Shown: one piece after another, positions 10,304 through 20,209 of the stretch
Layout of the letters: each line of letters starts with the position of its first letter
Position numbering within the stretch: the stretch's first letter is position 1
NCBI GenBank assembly: GCA_963664325.2
Contig: CAXXDQ010000007.1
Location: 768,001 to 832,000 of the forward strand
Length of the DNA stretch: 64,000 nucleotides
Reading direction: 5' to 3'
DNA from: Desulfomonilia bacterium
Lineage (GTDB): Bacteria > Desulfobacterota > Desulfomonilia > UBA1062
Translations under genes and position numbers: made by a program
The notes under the pieces: model-generated
Seen by the model: the letters and a program-made list of their open reading frames with translations, nothing else
Told to the model about the DNA's origin: nothing
The model's database searches: none

Positions 10304-10808
10304 AACCCATCTCGATATAACTGTCATGCAGTTTGAATTTGCCTGAAAAGGGCTTTACTTCGAGTGTGTATATCTTGTCGCGGCTTCCCTGAAGATAGAT
10401 AAGGCTTTTTTCGATAATCCCGTCCGTGTTTACTTTGATCTCGGCCTTGCCTTTGTCTTTTTTGGGCTGATTCATGGTCTTGACACCTTTGATTTCAATC
10501 GTATCTGGAAGTTTGATTTTTCTTTCCAGTTCTGGTTCCGTTCCAGACTTTTCTGGCACAGGATAAAAACCGACGATTTTGTTGTCGATATCATACTGGA
10601 TATAGCAGGGTTTATGCTGGGTTATGGCATATGATTTTGCAGTAAGATATAAGTTTTCCATCAGCCTCTGGGCTTCATCGATGTCTGAATTTGTCAGACT
10701 GCTTACTATGCGTGGGGCTACATATCCAAGAACAATGCCGATGATCGCAATAACGATCATCAGTTCAAGAAGAGTAAACCCTTTACTGGGACTGTTGAGG
10801 CGTCTCAC
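10290..10808 (-). CDS. gspH: minor pseudopilin GspH
   Basis: KG|FTLLELMIVIAIIG prepilin motif; directly after gspG. Confidence 0.82.
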   Translation of the reverse strand: MRRLNSPSKGFTLLELMIVIAIIGIVLGYVAPRIVSSLTNSDIDEAQRLMENLYLTAKSYAITQHKPCYIQYDIDNKIVGFYPVPEKSGTEPELERKIKLPDTIEIKGVKTMNQPKKDKGKAEIKVNTDGIIEKSLIYLQGSRDKIYTLEVKPFSGKFKLHDSYIEMGYGKE

Positions 10809-11235
10809 TTTCCCAGTTCCCTATCATTTTGCCCTGATCTCCGCCCGGACCGTCTGGGCCGTAAGAGAATATATCAACACCGTTCGTATTATGGGTTCCG
10901 GGATTCATATATATGTAATCGTTGCCCCATGGGTCTTTGGGTACTCTCCCCTTTTCCAGATATCCGCCTTCTTTCCAGTTCTTGGGAATATCACCTACAG
11001 TAGGCTTTTCTACAAGGGACTTAAGCCCCTGTTCGGTTGAAGGATATTCAAAGTTCTCCAACCTGTACATTTTAAGGGCGTCCTCAAGCGTCTGTATCTG
11101 AATTTTCGCCTGGTTAATTCTTGCCTTCTCGGGTTCTCCCATGAAACGTGTAGCTACAAATGTGACGAGAATGCCAAGAATAGCTACAACTACAAGCAGT
11201 TCGATAAGTGTAAAACCTTTTTTGTCCATGCGCAT
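10783..11235 (-). CDS. gspG: major pseudopilin GspG
   Basis: KG|FTLIELLVV, YPSTEQGL, DPWGNDY, SYGPDG. Confidence 0.96.
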   Translation of the reverse strand: MRMDKKGFTLIELLVVVAILGILVTFVATRFMGEPEKARINQAKIQIQTLEDALKMYRLENFEYPSTEQGLKSLVEKPTVGDIPKNWKEGGYLEKGRVPKDPWGNDYIYMNPGTHNTNGVDIFSYGPDGPGGDQGKMIGNWESETPQQSQ

Positions 11236-11250
11236 TCTCTCCCCCTTATC

Positions 11251-12474
11251 TTACTTTACTGAAGAGCTCATTTCGATCATCGGGAACAGTATCGAGACAA
11301 TTATAAAACCGACAATTGCAGCCATGAAAATAATCATAACCGGCTCAATCACGGAAGTAAGACCGGCAACTGATGTCTCGATGTCGTCTTCATAGGCATC
11401 AGCAGCCTTGATCAGCATATCTTCCAGGGTTCCGCTCCGTTCCCCCACTTCCACCATGTGATGTACCATTGATGGAAAAATTCCTGACCTTTTAAGGGGT
11501 GCGGCAAGGCTTGAGCCTTCTATGATATCATCTATAGCCTCGCTCAGATGAGCTTCCATAACCTTGTTCTGTACAACTGTTTTGACAATCTTCATGGCTT
11601 CGACGATAGGAACGCCAGCAGTCAGAAGCGTCCCGAGTGTTCTTGCAAATCTGGCAACCGATACCTTGACAAATATTGCGCCGAAAACAGGCATGCGCAT
11701 TTTGAACTTGTCATACTTGAGCGCACCTGAATCAGTCATCTTCCACCTGTTTATCAGAAATACTCCGACCGCGAACAGGAGTATTATTATCCACCATGTC
11801 TTTCCCAGGAAGGAACTTATGGTAATAAGAATCCTTGTGGGAAGAGGCAATGTCTGATGCATGCTTTCAAACATCGAAATGACCTTGGGAACAATGGATG
11901 TCAGCAGAAAGAATACTATGGCGACTGCAACGAACAGCAGCAGTGCAGGATATATCATGGCCGACTGGACCTTTGCCATAAGCTTTCGCTGGCCTTCAAG
12001 AAAATCAGCCAGACGCGCAAGTACAATATCCAGTGCACCGCTGGCCTCTCCAGACCTGACCATATTTACATACAGATCGGGAAATATTTTTCTATGCTGC
12101 CCTAAAGCATCGGCGAATCCTGCACCTTCATTGACAGCATCCCTTACCTGGGCCATCGTCTTTTTAAGTGTGGGATTGTCTGTTTGATCATATAAAGCGC
12201 TCAGGGCTTCAACCAGCGGAACACTTGCACCAATAAGTGTTGAAAGCTGTCTGGTCATAATGGCGACATCCTCTTTCTTGACCTTGCCGAGGATATCTCG
12301 GATGTTTGCCGTACCGGTCTGTACAGTTCCGACCGGGGCCTCTTCGTTTATAGAACTTACGAAAATGCCCTTTGCCTTCAGCTTGACTTTTGCTTCTCTA
12401 AGGGATGCTCCATCGAGCATCCCTTTTTCGGTCTTTCCCTTCTCGGTATAACCTGTCCAGCTGTATAGAGGCAA
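11251..12474 (-). CDS. gspF: T2SS inner membrane platform protein GspF
   Basis: Two T2SSF domains (TRQLSTLIGASVPLVEAL, GEASGAL; RTLGTLLTAGVPI, VGERSGTL). Confidence 0.96.
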   Translation of the reverse strand: MPLYSWTGYTEKGKTEKGMLDGASLREAKVKLKAKGIFVSSINEEAPVGTVQTGTANIRDILGKVKKEDVAIMTRQLSTLIGASVPLVEALSALYDQTDNPTLKKTMAQVRDAVNEGAGFADALGQHRKIFPDLYVNMVRSGEASGALDIVLARLADFLEGQRKLMAKVQSAMIYPALLLFVAVAIVFFLLTSIVPKVISMFESMHQTLPLPTRILITISSFLGKTWWIIILLFAVGVFLINRWKMTDSGALKYDKFKMRMPVFGAIFVKVSVARFARTLGTLLTAGVPIVEAMKIVKTVVQNKVMEAHLSEAIDDIIEGSSLAAPLKRSGIFPSMVHHMVEVGERSGTLEDMLIKAADAYEDDIETSVAGLTSVIEPVMIIFMAAIVGFIIVSILFPMIEMSSSVK

Positions 12475-12483
12475 GACTGCTCC

Positions 12484-13488
12484 TTATTTTGCCGGTTTTG
12501 CCTGCGGAGCTGCTGCGCCCGGAGCCTGCTGTCCGGCCTTTGGTGCCGGAGCCGGCGCGCCAGGCATTCCTTCACCGGGTTCACCAGGAGCAGCCGGCGC
12601 CTTTTTGGCGGCTTCTTCCTTCGCCTTCTTGAAATATTCCTCGTTTATTGCAATCGGGAAATCTTTCTTAACCTGCTCTTTGAGCTTGTTTGTAACTTCC
12701 TCTCTCTTTTCCCTCTGCAGCTGTTTCTCAATCTGAGGCTTGATATCTTTAAGGTCCTTTTCTTTCTTGGCCTCGATATCGTCGCAGATTATAATATGAT
12801 AACCGAAAGAGGATTTCACGATCCCGCTCATCTGTCCCTTCTTGAGAGCAAATGCGGCCTTTTCGAACGCCGGGTCCATTCTGCCTTGTGTCACCCATCC
12901 AAGGTCTCCGCCTCTAGGTGCCGAAGGACATTTTGACTTTTCCTTTGCAAGTTTGGAGAAGTCGGCGCCACCTTTTAACTGGGCAAGGATGGCCTTTGCC
13001 TCAGGTTCCGTATTGACAAGGATATGCCTTACCTTAACCCTCGGCCCCTGTGCAAATTTATCCTTGTTGTCGTTATAATACTTGGTTATGTCGGCATCGC
13101 TGATCTTTATATTCTCCACCGCCGATTCCTCAAGGTCCCGCGCCAGTATCTGGTCTCCGATATACTCCAGCTTCAGTTTCGTGGCAGGCTTCTTGTCTAT
13201 GCCTTTCTTCTTCGCTTCCATTGCCATCATTTTGACTTCAGCCATCTTCTCGATGATCTCCCTCTTCGCCTCAGGCGTCGCATAACGCGCACGGTACGGC
13301 TCGGGAATCTGTGACAAAATCGCATCCAAATCGGAATCCTTGATCTCTGTTGTCCCAATTTTAGCAATCACATTTGGGCTGCTAAACTTAACTTCCTGTT
13401 TTTCCCCTGGTTTTCCACCCTCAGTACCTTTTGAACAGCCGACTGCAGCCAAACCCAATACAACCAGTAAGATTATTAACCTTTTCAC
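12484..13488 (-). CDS. PpiC/parvulin-type peptidyl-prolyl isomerase lipoprotein (PrsA/SurA-like)
   Basis: Lipobox AVGC, VRHILV, GGDLGW, SSFGYHII; Pro/Ala-rich tail; GTG start at 13488 after AAGGAG. Confidence 0.92.
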   Translation of the reverse strand: MKRLIILLVVLGLAAVGCSKGTEGGKPGEKQEVKFSSPNVIAKIGTTEIKDSDLDAILSQIPEPYRARYATPEAKREIIEKMAEVKMMAMEAKKKGIDKKPATKLKLEYIGDQILARDLEESAVENIKISDADITKYYNDNKDKFAQGPRVKVRHILVNTEPEAKAILAQLKGGADFSKLAKEKSKCPSAPRGGDLGWVTQGRMDPAFEKAAFALKKGQMSGIVKSSFGYHIIICDDIEAKKEKDLKDIKPQIEKQLQREKREEVTNKLKEQVKKDFPIAINEEYFKKAKEEAAKKAPAAPGEPGEGMPGAPAPAPKAGQQAPGAAAPQAKPAK

Positions 13489-13650
13489 TATGTTCTCCTT
13501 TCGCATCTTTCTTATAATTTCAGGTTAAGCTTAAAGCCCTTCCTTTAGTATCATATTATTAAAACTGCGCAGACGATAGCATCAATGAGTTCCCATGTCA
13601 CTAGTGATTATAGAATATTAGCCTGTATTAATCCTGTCGCATCCGGTTCT

Positions 13651-14292
13651 TCATTCCCCTCTTCTGGATATGATTGCAATCAGGATACCCCCTGTAACAA
13701 TTACTTCGGCAGAATCATTTTTAACCACATTGCTGATGCCGACAGGGAAACTCATATCCATATCGATATTATCGATCTCATACTCAAATCCCTTCAGTGT
13801 TATCCCGGCTGCGGAATACCCAAGCGGAAGGAAAGAGATGAGTGAACCGGTTTCATTAATAATTGCGCATTTATTTTCTATCAGGAATATTTCATGTATT
13901 CCGGAAATAATTTTTGACTTAACACCCTTTCTCAAAGCCCTGTAGAGAAGATAGACATTCGCCAGGCTATGATCAAAACGCGAACCGATTCCCGAGACTA
14001 TTTCAATTTCGCAGGCACCCTTTTCAAGAGCCATATCTACAGCGATCTGGGTATCTGTCATATCCTTTCTGCAATCGAACCTGCGGATTTCTATATTATG
14101 TGAAACAAGTTCATCCTGAATTTCTGCCGGCAAGGAGTCCAAGTCGCCGACAACCATATCCGGCAGGATACCCGCCTTCAGACAATAATCAGCACCTCTG
14201 TCCGCTGCAATAACCATAGACGAGGAAGCGGCTTTTTCTTTCAACAAGGCTTTTTCAGGCCTTTCCCCGCCTGTTACGATCAGAACCTTCAT
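13651..14292 (-). CDS. thiN: thiamine diphosphokinase
   Basis: AADRGA, VGDLDS, KDMTDT, RFDHSLAN, GISN. Confidence 0.93.
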   Translation of the reverse strand: MKVLIVTGGERPEKALLKEKAASSSMVIAADRGADYCLKAGILPDMVVGDLDSLPAEIQDELVSHNIEIRRFDCRKDMTDTQIAVDMALEKGACEIEIVSGIGSRFDHSLANVYLLYRALRKGVKSKIISGIHEIFLIENKCAIINETGSLISFLPLGYSAAGITLKGFEYEIDNIDMDMSFPVGISNVVKNDSAEVIVTGGILIAIISRRGE

Positions 14293-14295
14293 TTT

Positions 14296-14847
14296 TTATT
14301 TTGGAAAAACATCTCCTATTTCGCTCATCAAAGGCAGAAGCCTGTCCTTATCAGACAAAAGTATGTTTTCAAACGGCCATTTTATATCCAACACCGGGTC
14401 GTTCCATATTATACCGCTTTCAGCCTGAGGTGCATAAAATTCATCAACCTTATAATGCACGACACTTTCGGCTTCAAGTGTGCAGAAGGCGTGTGCAAAC
14501 CCCTTTGGAACCAGCAGCATTTTCATGTTATCTGAAGAAAGTTCAATACCAATCCATTTTCCGCATGTGGCGGAAGACTTTCTCAGATCGACAATTACAT
14601 CATAAACACTTCCTCTGAGGGTGCGTACCAGTTTAGTCTGGGAATACGGAGGTTTTTGAAAATGAAAACCTCTCAATACGCCCCTTTCCTTGGAAAACGA
14701 GTGGTTGTCCTGCACAAAATCAATTCTGAATCCGTTTTCCTCAAAAGCCCTTCTGTTGTACGTTTCGGTAAAGAAACCGCGCTGGTCTCTGAATATTTCA
14801 GGTTCAATCACAAATGCATCTTTAAGTGGTATCTCAGTGAATTTCAT
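14296..14847 (-). CDS. rfbC: dTDP-4-dehydrorhamnose 3,5-epimerase
   Basis: DQRGFF, FVQDNHS, GVLRGFHFQ, PKGFAHAF, LSDKD. Confidence 0.96.
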   Translation of the reverse strand: MKFTEIPLKDAFVIEPEIFRDQRGFFTETYNRRAFEENGFRIDFVQDNHSFSKERGVLRGFHFQKPPYSQTKLVRTLRGSVYDVIVDLRKSSATCGKWIGIELSSDNMKMLLVPKGFAHAFCTLEAESVVHYKVDEFYAPQAESGIIWNDPVLDIKWPFENILLSDKDRLLPLMSEIGDVFPK

Positions 14848-14896
14848 GAACTCCAGATATATCTCAACGTCTCGGAATTGGCAAGAAATTGCCTTT

Positions 14897-15472
14897 TCAA
14901 GAATGTATCTTCTTTAAAAGCCATGCCATATTTTCGCCAAGCGTCTTCATGATGGCAATCCCTTCTTCATCTGACTCAACGGTTCCGGGTTCCCTTCCCA
15001 TACCCATATTCCAATAGCTTGAGCCGGGTACAACCATCTGGTTTATGAAGAAAAAGTGGTTGATAGTATCGAATACATGCACTGCACCTGCCCGCCTTAC
15101 CGCTATGACAGCCGCCCCGACCTTGCGCCTGAACATATCGGCGTTCTGCTTTGCAACCATGCCAGCACGATCGATCAGGGCCTTCATCTCTGCCGTCACA
15201 TCAGTGAAGTAGGTAGGTGAAGCCAGTATTATCCCTTCTGAATCGAGAATCTTCTCAATATAACTGTTTAGAGGATCATCTTTCACGGCACATTTTCTGT
15301 CCAGGTTCTCGCCGCATTTAAAGCATGCCGTACAACCTCTCATTTTAACGCCTGCAAGCTGAATCAGCTCGGTCTTAATGCCGGCTTTTTCAAGCTCGCT
15401 GAAAACATGTCCGATTAATACTGCCGTATTGCCGTTTTTGCGGGGGCTTCCGTTTATCGCGATTACTTTCAT
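14897..15472 (-). CDS. flavodoxin-like iron-sulfur flavoprotein
   Basis: INGSPRKNGNT, CTACFKC...C cluster motif, ASPTYF. Confidence 0.92.
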   Translation of the reverse strand: MKVIAINGSPRKNGNTAVLIGHVFSELEKAGIKTELIQLAGVKMRGCTACFKCGENLDRKCAVKDDPLNSYIEKILDSEGIILASPTYFTDVTAEMKALIDRAGMVAKQNADMFRRKVGAAVIAVRRAGAVHVFDTINHFFFINQMVVPGSSYWNMGMGREPGTVESDEEGIAIMKTLGENMAWLLKKIHS

Positions 15473-15635
15473 TGTTACTCCTTTGTTTTAAAGAATAATT
15501 AAATCATTACCACATTGTTTGAACATGCAAAACCAATGACCTGAAATGGGTTGCCGAATACCGGTTTTCTGTTTTTAAAAGGTATGCTAATCTGTTGTCT
15601 ATTAAAAAAATAAAATTTGATATGGGGAGAATAAA

Positions 15636-16793
15636 ATGAAACACCTTCAACATGGGGCAAGAAATCCGTTTTTTTCCATCATTTTATCATTTTCAGTTTT
15701 ATTCCTCAGCGGGTGTCCCGAGGCTACGATTACAAAAGACCCTTACCTTCAGAATGTTACTACCGGCGGAATGACCATCTGCTGGGAAACAGCATCCGCC
15801 TGCCTGGGGTCTGTCAATTACTCTGTTTCCGGCTCCATGCAGGCAGAAACTTTCACTGCAGTGGAAAATATACCGCAGACTTTCCATGCAATAAGGCTCA
15901 AAAATCTGTCGACAGAAACCTATTATGATTATCAGATAATCAATAAAGTGGAATCCGGCCTGTTTAAAAAATGGGTTGATATTCCGGGACCTTCGTCAAC
16001 ATTCAGGACAGCTCCATATACTGGAACTCCTTTCAGTTTTACGGTCTGGGGAGATTCTCAGGATAATCCGGATATTTTCGGTAAGCTTATCAACCTGATG
16101 GGAGATTATAATCCCGACATAGCAGTCGGTGTAGGTGACCTGGTGTCAGACGGATGGGAGCTTTCTGAATGGGACCTGAAACATTTCGGACCCATGAAAG
16201 ATTTTCGCAAAAGGATCCCTGTGTTCTCCGCAATCGGTAACCATGAGAATGAATCAATTTACTTTTACAAGTATTTTTCTCAGCCCGGCAATGACCACTG
16301 GTTTTCATTCACTTACGGTAACAGCATATTCTTAGTGCTGGATTCAGTAATATTCTTTCCATACAGCCCTCAGCACCTGTGGTTTCTCAATACCGTCAAG
16401 TCTGATGAATTCAGGAATGCCGCACATAAATTCGTATTCTTCCATTATCCTCCATATACGGAACTCTGGAACAGCCATTATTATGACGGAGACCAGCTCA
16501 CAAGGGATTACCTGGTGCCGGTTATCGAAAAATCGGGTGTCGATATCGTGTTCAGCGGGCATACACACGCATATGAACGCGGCAGATGGCCCCAGGACGG
16601 TGAACCTTTCACTTATTATGTTGTAACAGGCGGGGGCGGAGGAGGTCTTGATACCGAGGCATGGAAAGACTGGCCTCAGATTGAAATCAACGTATCGCAG
16701 CACCATTTCGTGATCATCGACGTTGACGGCGAGCATTTGAGCGGAAACGCTGTTAACTTAGACGGTGAAATCATAGACAGTTTCAGCAAGTAA
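15636..16793 (+). CDS. purple acid phosphatase-like metallophosphoesterase lipoprotein
   Basis: Lipobox LSGC, FN3-like N-domain, GDS, GDLV, GNHE, SGHTHAYER. Confidence 0.9.
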   Translation: MKHLQHGARNPFFSIILSFSVLFLSGCPEATITKDPYLQNVTTGGMTICWETASACLGSVNYSVSGSMQAETFTAVENIPQTFHAIRLKNLSTETYYDYQIINKVESGLFKKWVDIPGPSSTFRTAPYTGTPFSFTVWGDSQDNPDIFGKLINLMGDYNPDIAVGVGDLVSDGWELSEWDLKHFGPMKDFRKRIPVFSAIGNHENESIYFYKYFSQPGNDHWFSFTYGNSIFLVLDSVIFFPYSPQHLWFLNTVKSDEFRNAAHKFVFFHYPPYTELWNSHYYDGDQLTRDYLVPVIEKSGVDIVFSGHTHAYERGRWPQDGEPFTYYVVTGGGGGGLDTEAWKDWPQIEINVSQHHFVIIDVDGEHLSGNAVNLDGEIIDSFSK

Positions 16794-16795
16794 TT

Positions 16796-16838
16796 ATCAA
16801 AAAGTCTCTGGCGTAATTAAAGACAGGGACTTTTTGAT
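16796..16838. terminator. bidirectional intrinsic terminator
   Basis: Inverted repeat ATCAAAAAGTCTCTG / CAGGGACTTTTTGAT between convergent genes, with T-tracts on both strands. Confidence 0.75.
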
Positions 16839-16858
16839 TTTCCTTGTTCTCTAATAAC

Positions 16859-17359
16859 TCAGAAAACAACCTCTGCGGCATAAATCTCTTCTTTGCGAGG
16901 AATGCCCGCCTCGATTCTTTTCTTTGCGCTGATTCTTTCAAGCAGTTTACCGACATTGCCCATCGAGGTAAGCATCATTGATGCCTCATTATCATTCATA
17001 AGTTCAAGACTAGCTGTAAATAAATGATAATGATGGGCCTGGACCTGTTTTATAACCTTTGCGCCTTCAGGCGTCAGGCTTAAATGTGTATTGCGTTTGT
17101 CAATCTCGTCTTTAGCTTTGGCAACAAGACCTTTTTCAGTCATCAGCGCAAGAAGTCTCGAAACAGCGAAGAGCGGCATGTTCAATTCATTTGCCAGATC
17201 GCTTACTCTGCACGGAGAATGCTTTGTAAGGTATTTGAGTGCATGTATGTCGCGCCATGAGAGACCGAATCTCTCCATATCATGGTTTTCCAGTTTGTGG
17301 ACTTCCTTTAGAAGTCTAAACACAATTTCATCAAGAATTTCACTGGTAACCTTATTCAT
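16859..17359 (-). CDS. MarR family transcriptional regulator
   Basis: wHTH (VSDLANELNM..FAVSRLL), DKRN..LSLTPEG. Confidence 0.9.
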   Translation of the reverse strand: MNKVTSEILDEIVFRLLKEVHKLENHDMERFGLSWRDIHALKYLTKHSPCRVSDLANELNMPLFAVSRLLALMTEKGLVAKAKDEIDKRNTHLSLTPEGAKVIKQVQAHHYHLFTASLELMNDNEASMMLTSMGNVGKLLERISAKKRIEAGIPRKEEIYAAEVVF

Positions 17360-17412
17360 AATTCTTTCCTCCTCATATGAATCACAATTTCAAGAATTTA
17401 TATCATACATAA

Positions 17413-17425
17413 TTGCATTTTGCAA
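17413..17425. promoter_or_regulatory. putative MarR autoregulatory operator
   Basis: Palindrome TTGCA-TTT-TGCAA about 55 bp upstream of the marR start. Confidence 0.45.
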
Positions 17426-17680
17426 CTACTAAGATCATACCGAAGGAATATCTTAAATAAATCTTTTCCGGTTACAACTTTTAACCAGCCTGAACCCAAT
17501 AGGAATAAATAGTATCATTGGGCACTATTTAGAAACAGACATTAATACAGTGTCTGAAATCTTTATGAAATACATGTCGAAAAGGTAGGTTTTCCATGAA
17601 AAGACTTTCCATGTCAATCAGCATGCCATTTCAAGGGATTTATTCAAAGTTTCCCCCGGAGTGCATGCCCAAGCAATTCC

Positions 17681-18841
17681 TTATTCACTCATCCACTTCT
17701 TTATCGCCTTCATCTTTTCCTGCCATGTTCTGGAGAACCTTTCAGTCAGGAATGCCCCAAAAAAACTGTCAAAGAGCTGAAACCCGGATTCCATAAGACT
17801 CATGCGTTCCAGAAATGCAGCCTCACGTTCTGCAGCAGGATCGTCAATGAGCTCACCCTTCTCAATCTTTACCGGAGGCGATTTATAGGATGAAAAAACG
17901 AAGGTGTCGCTTTTCAAATTAAGGCTCCAGCTCAAGTCACCCTTTTCAAAATAGATTGCCGCTTCACAGATATTTTTCCCGGCTGAAAGCGCCTTTTTAG
18001 CCTCTCCGAAGTCCTGCTGCGGACCAATTATCCTGCTTTTACGCACACCCTTTTCAGGCTCTCCTGCAAGCAGGAATGAATCGTGCAGATAGGCGACAAA
18101 TACTTCTCCTTTGTTGAATGTTCCTTTTGCAGAGACTCTGTATTCTCCCTGGGAGATGCTTGTGGAATGAATGGCCCAAAGCAGGAATTCATGCCCAAGC
18201 CATCTGTTTTTATTTATCTGCTGTAGCACATCCTTTGTGGAGGCTTTGTCTTCGTGTGCCAATGCTGCCAACAAACTCTCGTCAATATTAAGTTCCGCCC
18301 GGGCCATAGGATAAATTGATATTAATTTAAAACCATCAAAAGTCTGCATAAACTTGTCTTCCACAAGTTCAAGGGTCTTCGAGCTTACGGAAGCAATTGA
18401 AACCGTCGAAGTTTCAATGTTCCAGATAATGTCACACACGGAGGGCACAGGCAGTGATTTTGTTACAAGACTTGCCACAAGATTATCCCTGATCTCAGCT
18501 TTGCGTTTTGAAGGCATTTTTCTTATATCCGGATGTTCAGCCATCCATTTACCGCATTCCAGATCAAGCCTGCTCTTTATTACCGCAGAGGGAACGCTTC
18601 TTTTGTCCTTCCTCAGTGAAAGCCCTATATAACTGCCGACCTTGGGAGACCCGAGACTAAAAGAACTGTCATTGTAATCAAAAAGACTGACCCAGCCTGC
18701 CGACTCCTCATCAGGCAGATTATCGATCGGTGAAAACCTGTTCCTGTAAAGGCAATCGGCCAGCCATGTATCAATATCCGAAGGAGGTTCACCTTTAACC
18801 CTGTACTGGGATATGCTTACGGTATTCGATAATATGCCCAT
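17681..18841 (-). CDS. rdgC: RdgC-like recombination-associated protein
   Basis: MGILSNTVSISQYRV, FSPID..EESAGWV, LRKDKRSVP; second half begins WLGHEFLLW. Confidence 0.7.
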   Translation of the reverse strand: MGILSNTVSISQYRVKGEPPSDIDTWLADCLYRNRFSPIDNLPDEESAGWVSLFDYNDSSFSLGSPKVGSYIGLSLRKDKRSVPSAVIKSRLDLECGKWMAEHPDIRKMPSKRKAEIRDNLVASLVTKSLPVPSVCDIIWNIETSTVSIASVSSKTLELVEDKFMQTFDGFKLISIYPMARAELNIDESLLAALAHEDKASTKDVLQQINKNRWLGHEFLLWAIHSTSISQGEYRVSAKGTFNKGEVFVAYLHDSFLLAGEPEKGVRKSRIIGPQQDFGEAKKALSAGKNICEAAIYFEKGDLSWSLNLKSDTFVFSSYKSPPVKIEKGELIDDPAAEREAAFLERMSLMESGFQLFDSFFGAFLTERFSRTWQEKMKAIKKWMSE

Positions 18842-18914
18842 TTTTTTCCTTTCTTATTTTTTAGGTGGAGTCTGATGAAAATGTATTCAAAACAGACCGG
18901 TTAAATATTTTTTA

Positions 18915-19974
18915 TCACACGGAATTTCTTTTGGCTATATCAGGTATCTCATTTTTGCTTAATGACATCCCGTCCCTGTACACCTCGACAAAGGCCAGTG
19001 CCAGTGCGAGAACAAGAGGCCCGACAATTATACCGGGAATTCCCCAAAAACTAACCCCCCCGAGTACGGAAAACAATATCCATATAGGGCTGATTTTCTC
19101 TGAACCCTTCATGAAGTAAGGGCCGAGGATATTGTCACAGACGCCTATAACTGCAACTCCATAACAGGCAATGAATAGCGCAGGTTTTATTCCCGAAGTC
19201 AGCAGCAGGACGACAGCAGCAGATGTCCACACGGTAAGCGAGCCGATTACAGGGATAAGTATTCCGATGGCAACAGCAAGGCACCAGAGCGCAACCGGAA
19301 GGCCCGTAAAATAAAACCCCGGACATGATATGCACGCAACAGCCAGTGAATTCAGCAGCATCCCTCTTACAACAGACCTGCTGACACTGCCAAGCCTCAC
19401 AATGATCTTTACTGTCTGGTATTCAGGCATGGGAACCGTTCTGATCAAAAAAACCTTTCATGGCTGCCCCGTCCCGTAAAAAACAGAACATGGACATCAG
19501 GAATACAATAATGCCTGCTGCGATTTTTATCGTATTACCCATAACGCTTGCACTGAATCCTATTATAAACGACTCGATTTGAGCGACCTGACTCACGACC
19601 TGCCGCCTTATTGACTCTTCAGACAGGTGCAGATAATTATCGGTATAGTAGAACATCTTTTTTATCCCGGCAGGCGGATTGTCAAGATAACGGGGAATAT
19701 TATCCATCCAGACCGAAGCCTCGCTGATCACGAATGTGCCTATAATCACTAATGGTACAAGTACAACCGTTATAAACAACAATACTACTGATAGTGAGGC
19801 GGCTGAAGAACTGCCTTTGAAAATCTGGAGAACCCTTTTATATAATGGATACAGAACTGAGGCAAACGCCATCGCCAGAACAATTATGCTAAGATAAGGC
19901 AAGAGCAGAAATAAAAAGCAAAAATATCGACAGAAACAGGACAGAAAAGAAAAACGGTATTTTCTGTTTCAATC
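18915..19974 (-). pseudogene. AI-2E family transporter, frameshifted
   Basis: N-part (19423-19902) and C-part (18915-19448) join if one T is removed from a T7 run near 19447-19453. C-part has DNILGPYFM and GIPGIIVGP. A second frameshift is likely in the T-rich 5' end. Confidence 0.8.
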
Positions 19975-20209
19975 CAGCACCATTAGATATCCTGGAAAGG
20001 AAACGGCAGGAAGACTCTTACTGCATTAATATCTGCCATATTGCCACCTTGTATGCCTCTTGAAATATTTTGATGGTTTTTAGCTTATACCGCTTGCTGC
20101 AACACTCATCGACTGATGAGACCCGTTAAACATTGACAAACTGAATAATCTCCTTTTTTTATAAACCGTCTTGCTTGCCGCATACACCTTTATAACACAC
20201 TTTGCTGTT

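Noticed and set aside
12490-12620. GC-rich low-complexity stretch
   Set aside because: Encodes the Pro/Ala/Gly-rich disordered tail of the parvulin; not a separate element.
14296-14847. O-antigen/rhamnose cluster
   Set aside because: rfbC stands alone, with no rfbA/B/D or glycosyltransferases adjacent.
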